The translations under genes were made by a program, and so were the position numbers. The notes under the pieces were generated by a model that saw nothing but the letters and a program-made list of their open reading frames with translations, ran no database searches and was not told the DNA's origin. From a virus (Duplodnaviria > Heunggongvirae > Uroviricota > Caudoviricetes): a stretch of 9,805 nucleotides of DNA. The stretch spans positions 1 through 9,805 of the IMG/VR virus record IMGVR_UViG_2541047885_000009, one strand, 5' to 3'. Positions 7,161 through 9,805 of the stretch are shown piece after piece. Every line of letters starts with the position of its first letter. The stretch's first letter is position 1.

Positions 7161-7858
7161 TGCAGGATATTCACGAAGAAAGTCTGAGCGAGTCGGTTAA
7201 ATCAGAGCAGTCACCGCGGGTGGTACTCTGGGAAATCGACCTGACGGTACAGGGCGGTGAGCGGTATTTTTTCTGTAATGAGCTGAATGAAAAAGGGGAG
7301 CCGGTCACCTGGCAGGGGCGGCAATATCAGGCATACCCGATTGACGGCAGCGGTTTTGAGATGAGCGGGAAGGGCAGCAGTGCCAGACCGTCGCTGACGG
7401 TGTCCAATCTGTTCGGTCTGGTCACCGGGATGGCGGAAGACCTGCAGAGTCTGGTGGGGGCCACGGTGGTCCGCCGCCGGGTGTATGCCCGTTTTCTGGA
7501 TGCGGTGAATTTCGTTGCGGGCAATCCGGAGGCCGACCCGGAGCAGGAGCTGACTGACCGGTGGGTGGTGGAGCAGATGTCAGCGCTGACAGCCATGACG
7601 GCCTCGTTTGTGCTGGCCACACCGACCGAGACGGACGGGGCGCTGTTTCCCGGTCGTATCATGCTGGCGAACACCTGTATGTGGACCTGCCGCTCTGATG
7701 AGTGTGGTTACACGGGCGGGGCTGTGGCGGATGAGTTCGATAAACCCACCACGGATATCCGTAAGGACAGATGCAGCAAGTGCATGCGCGGGTGTGAACT
7801 GCGCAGGAATGTCGGCAATTTTGGCGGTTTCCTTTCCATTAATAAACTTTCGCAGTAA
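7160..7858 (+). CDS. L: Minor tail protein L (lambda gpL homolog, Cys-cluster / Fe-S type)
   Basis: 232 aa; by my recollection of lambda gpL it is near-identical over long stretches (VVLWEIDLT..GGERYFFCNE.NEKGEPVTWQGRQYQ, FPGRIMLANTC, NVGNFGGFLSINKLSQ at the C-terminus). Conserved Cys cluster at nt ~7675-7800. Start ATG overlaps the M stop (TGATG at 7158-7162). Confidence 0.95.
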   Translation: MQDIHEESLSESVKSEQSPRVVLWEIDLTVQGGERYFFCNELNEKGEPVTWQGRQYQAYPIDGSGFEMSGKGSSARPSLTVSNLFGLVTGMAEDLQSLVGATVVRRRVYARFLDAVNFVAGNPEADPEQELTDRWVVEQMSALTAMTASFVLATPTETDGALFPGRIMLANTCMWTCRSDECGYTGGAVADEFDKPTTDIRKDRCSKCMRGCELRRNVGNFGGFLSINKLSQ

Positions 7859-7863
7859 ATCCG

Positions 7864-7895
7864 TAAGCGTCAACGGAGCACCGTATTGACGCTTA
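7864..7895. repeat. Internal palindrome (10-bp arms) in the IS66 terminus, overlapping the tnpC stop codon
   Basis: TAAGCGTCAA (7864-7873) is the exact reverse complement of TTGACGCTTA (7886-7895), with a 12-nt spacer. On the + strand it is followed by TTTATT. Confidence 0.6.
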
Positions 7896-9506
7896 TTTAT
7901 TGGTGAGTACTACGTTCCATGGCAGGAGTTCGTCAACTCGGTTGGAAGGCCATTCCGGCAGTACGCTCAGGATATGGCGCAGATACGCTTCCGGATCGAT
8001 ACCGTTCAGACGGCAGGTGCCGATCAGCCCGTACAACAGTGCTCCACGCTCGCCGCCGTGATCGCTGCCAAAGAACATAAAGTTTTTCTTTCCGAGACAG
8101 ACTGCACGAAGCGCTCTTTCCGCAGCATTATTATCCGCCTCCGCCAGACCGTCATCACTGTAATAACAGAGGGCATCCCACTGATTCAGTACATAGCTGA
8201 ACGCTTCGCCCAGTCTGGATTTTTTCGACAGCGTACCATTCTTCTCCACCATCCATTCATGCAGCGACGTCAGTAACACTTTGCTTCGCTGCTGCCTGAC
8301 GGCAAGACGCTCTGACTCCGGTAATCCCCGTATTTCATCCTCGATGGCGTACAGTTCACTGATTCGCTTCAGGGCTTCTTCTGCCGTCGCACTTTTGCTG
8401 CTGATGTATACATCGTGGATTTTTCGCCGGGCATGGGCCCAGCACGCAACTTCTGTCAGTGCACCACCTTCACGTTCTGCACTGAACAACCTGTCGTAAC
8501 CTGTGAACGCATCCGCCTGCAGGATACCCCGGAAGGGGCGGAGGTGTTGCTCCGGGTGTTTCCCCTGCCGGTTCGGCGAGTACGCGAACCAGACCGCTGG
8601 AGGAGATGACGAACCCACATTGCGATCATCCCGGACATACGTCCAGATACGCCCTGTTTTCGCCTTTTTCTGACCCGGTGCCAGTACCTTTACCGGTGTG
8701 TCATCAGTGTGAACCTTGCGGGTGTTCATTACATAACGGTACAGGGCATCATTCACCGGTGTCATTAACTGGCAGCACGCGTCAACCCAGTTGGAGAGTA
8801 AGGCCCGGCTCAGTTCGACACCCTGGCGGGCAAAGATTTCACTCTGACGATACAGTGGCAGATGTTCGCAGTATTTTCCCGTTAACACGCGGGCAAGTAA
8901 TCCGGGGCCCGCGATACCACGCTCTATCGGGCGGGACGGCGCCGGTGCTTCAACAATACAGTCACATTTTGTACAGGCTTTTTTTACCCGTTCTGTGCGG
9001 ATCACTTTCAGGGCACTGCTCACCAGTTCCAGCTGTTCAGCGCTGACTTCCCCCAGATAATCCAGCTCACCGCCACACTCCGGGCAACAGCTTTCTTCTG
9101 GCTCCAGGCGGTGTATTTCACGGGGAAGGTGTGCCGGTAACGGACGACGATGGCGCGACTGTCGCAACTGGCGGGGAACCTGAGGATCGTCTTCCCGCCC
9201 ACTGTAACGATCGCTGTCCTGTTCACGTTGTTTCAGCAGAGCCTCAGCCAGTTCAACTTCACGACGCAGTTTTTCAGAACGGGTACCGAACAGCATCCGG
9301 CGCAGTTTTTCTATCTGAGCCCGCAGATGTTCTATTTCCCGTTCATCTTCTTCGATCTTTTCTTCGGCACGTGTCAGTGCAGAGCGCAGGAAGGCTTCCG
9401 TCTCTTCAACCAGACTCAGTTGCTGGTCTTTCTGACGGAGGGCTTCAGCCTGCTCAGAGAGCAACCTTTCCAGCTCTGCGATGCGAATGAGGTATTTCTG
9501 ACTCAT
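7893..9506 (-). CDS. tnpC: IS66-family transposase TnpC (orf3)
   Basis: 537 aa, uninterrupted. N-terminal leucine-rich coiled coil (MSQKYLIRIAELERLLSEQAEALRQKDQQL...), Cys-rich zinc-finger-like motif (CCPECGG...CTKCDC), and a large C-terminal catalytic region. Length and architecture are typical of IS66 TnpC. Confidence 0.9.
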   Translation of the reverse strand: MSQKYLIRIAELERLLSEQAEALRQKDQQLSLVEETEAFLRSALTRAEEKIEEDEREIEHLRAQIEKLRRMLFGTRSEKLRREVELAEALLKQREQDSDRYSGREDDPQVPRQLRQSRHRRPLPAHLPREIHRLEPEESCCPECGGELDYLGEVSAEQLELVSSALKVIRTERVKKACTKCDCIVEAPAPSRPIERGIAGPGLLARVLTGKYCEHLPLYRQSEIFARQGVELSRALLSNWVDACCQLMTPVNDALYRYVMNTRKVHTDDTPVKVLAPGQKKAKTGRIWTYVRDDRNVGSSSPPAVWFAYSPNRQGKHPEQHLRPFRGILQADAFTGYDRLFSAEREGGALTEVACWAHARRKIHDVYISSKSATAEEALKRISELYAIEDEIRGLPESERLAVRQQRSKVLLTSLHEWMVEKNGTLSKKSRLGEAFSYVLNQWDALCYYSDDGLAEADNNAAERALRAVCLGKKNFMFFGSDHGGERGALLYGLIGTCRLNGIDPEAYLRHILSVLPEWPSNRVDELLPWNVVLTNK

Positions 9507-9536
9507 GACCGTTTTTATAATGCGGTCAGGAGTTTT

Positions 9537-9805
9537 TTACAATATTGTCAGTGAGTTACGGCTGGATGTTTTTGGCTGACGCCAGTCCAGCTTATCGAGG
9601 AGCATTGCCAGTTGCGAGCGGGTAATGGATACCTTGCCGTCACGTACCGCAGGCCAGATAAACTGGCCTTCCTCCAGGCGTTTGGTGAACAGGCACAGAC
9701 CATCAGCATCAGCCCAAAGAATTTTGACGGTGTCACCCCGTCGGCCACGGAAGATAAACAGGTGACCGGAGAAGGGATTATCATTCAGCACATGTTGTAC
9801 CTGTT
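9537..9805 (-). CDS. tnpB: IS66-family accessory protein TnpB (orf2), N-terminus truncated by window end
   Basis: The translation ...KVQHVLNDNPFSGHLFIFRGRRGDTVKILWADADGLCLFTKRLEEGQFIWP... matches the conserved IS66 orf2 core (DxPFSGHLFIFRGRRGD...LWxDxDGLCLFTKRLE). The frame stays open to position 9805, so the true start lies beyond the window; the track start at 9791 is an internal GTG. Confidence 0.85.
   Translation of the reverse strand, partial: QVQHVLNDNPFSGHLFIFRGRRGDTVKILWADADGLCLFTKRLEEGQFIWPAVRDGKVSITRSQLAMLLDKLDWRQPKTSSRNSLTIL

Larger units (their letters stand above)
7863..9805 (-). mobile_element. IS66-family insertion sequence, partial (one terminus at 7863; continues past window end)
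   Basis: The terminus begins with GTAAGCG at 7863, the canonical IS66-family end. It contains tnpC (complete) and tnpB/orf2 (truncated by the window) in the family order on the - strand. tnpA and the other inverted repeat would lie beyond 9805. Confidence 0.85.

Noticed and set aside
1-7858. Tailocin or phage tail-like bacteriocin cluster in place of a prophage
   Set aside because: Head-tail connector and head closure genes are present upstream of the tail genes, which indicates a complete virion morphogenesis operon and not a headless tail particle locus.
9537-9805. Possibility that the gene named tnpB is an RNA-guided TnpB/OMEGA nuclease
   Set aside because: IS66 orf2 (TnpB) is a small accessory protein of roughly 115 aa, unrelated to the ~400-aa IS200/IS605 TnpB nucleases. 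The sequence matches the IS66 orf2 core motif, and the shared name is coincidental.
1-9805. CRISPR arrays, tRNA/attachment sites, or a defense or toxin-antitoxin cassette
   Set aside because: No regularly spaced direct repeats and no recognisable tRNA were seen. All sizeable ORFs are accounted for by phage morphogenesis or IS66 functions except ORF 1-594, which has no features pointing to a defense role.

Overview
This window reads as the late (tail-morphogenesis) operon of a lambdoid siphovirus prophage on the + strand, interrupted at its 3' end by an IS66-family insertion sequence on the - strand. I found no CRISPR array or defense/toxin cassette and did not recognise any rRNA or tRNA, so I see no support for a novel system here. 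Gene order on + is: a 5'-truncated ORF of unknown function (1-594), four small translationally coupled head-tail joining genes (591-2061), a major tail tube protein with a C-terminal Ig-like domain (2126-2842), tail assembly chaperones G and G-T with a -1 frameshift at an A_AAA_AAG slippery site (2857-3231 and 2857-3536), a 1080-aa tape measure protein (3584-6826), and close homologs of lambda M (6819-7160) and L (7160-7858). Four bp after the L stop codon, an IS66-family element begins with the family's GTAAGCG terminus at 7863; it carries an intact 537-aa tnpC (7893-9506, -) and a window-truncated tnpB/orf2 (9537-9805, -). The expected distal tail genes (K, I, J homologs) are not in the window. 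The most interesting items are the IS insertion exactly at the L/K junction and the unassigned first ORF. All calls rest on reading the translations and on recalled family knowledge; no database searches were run.
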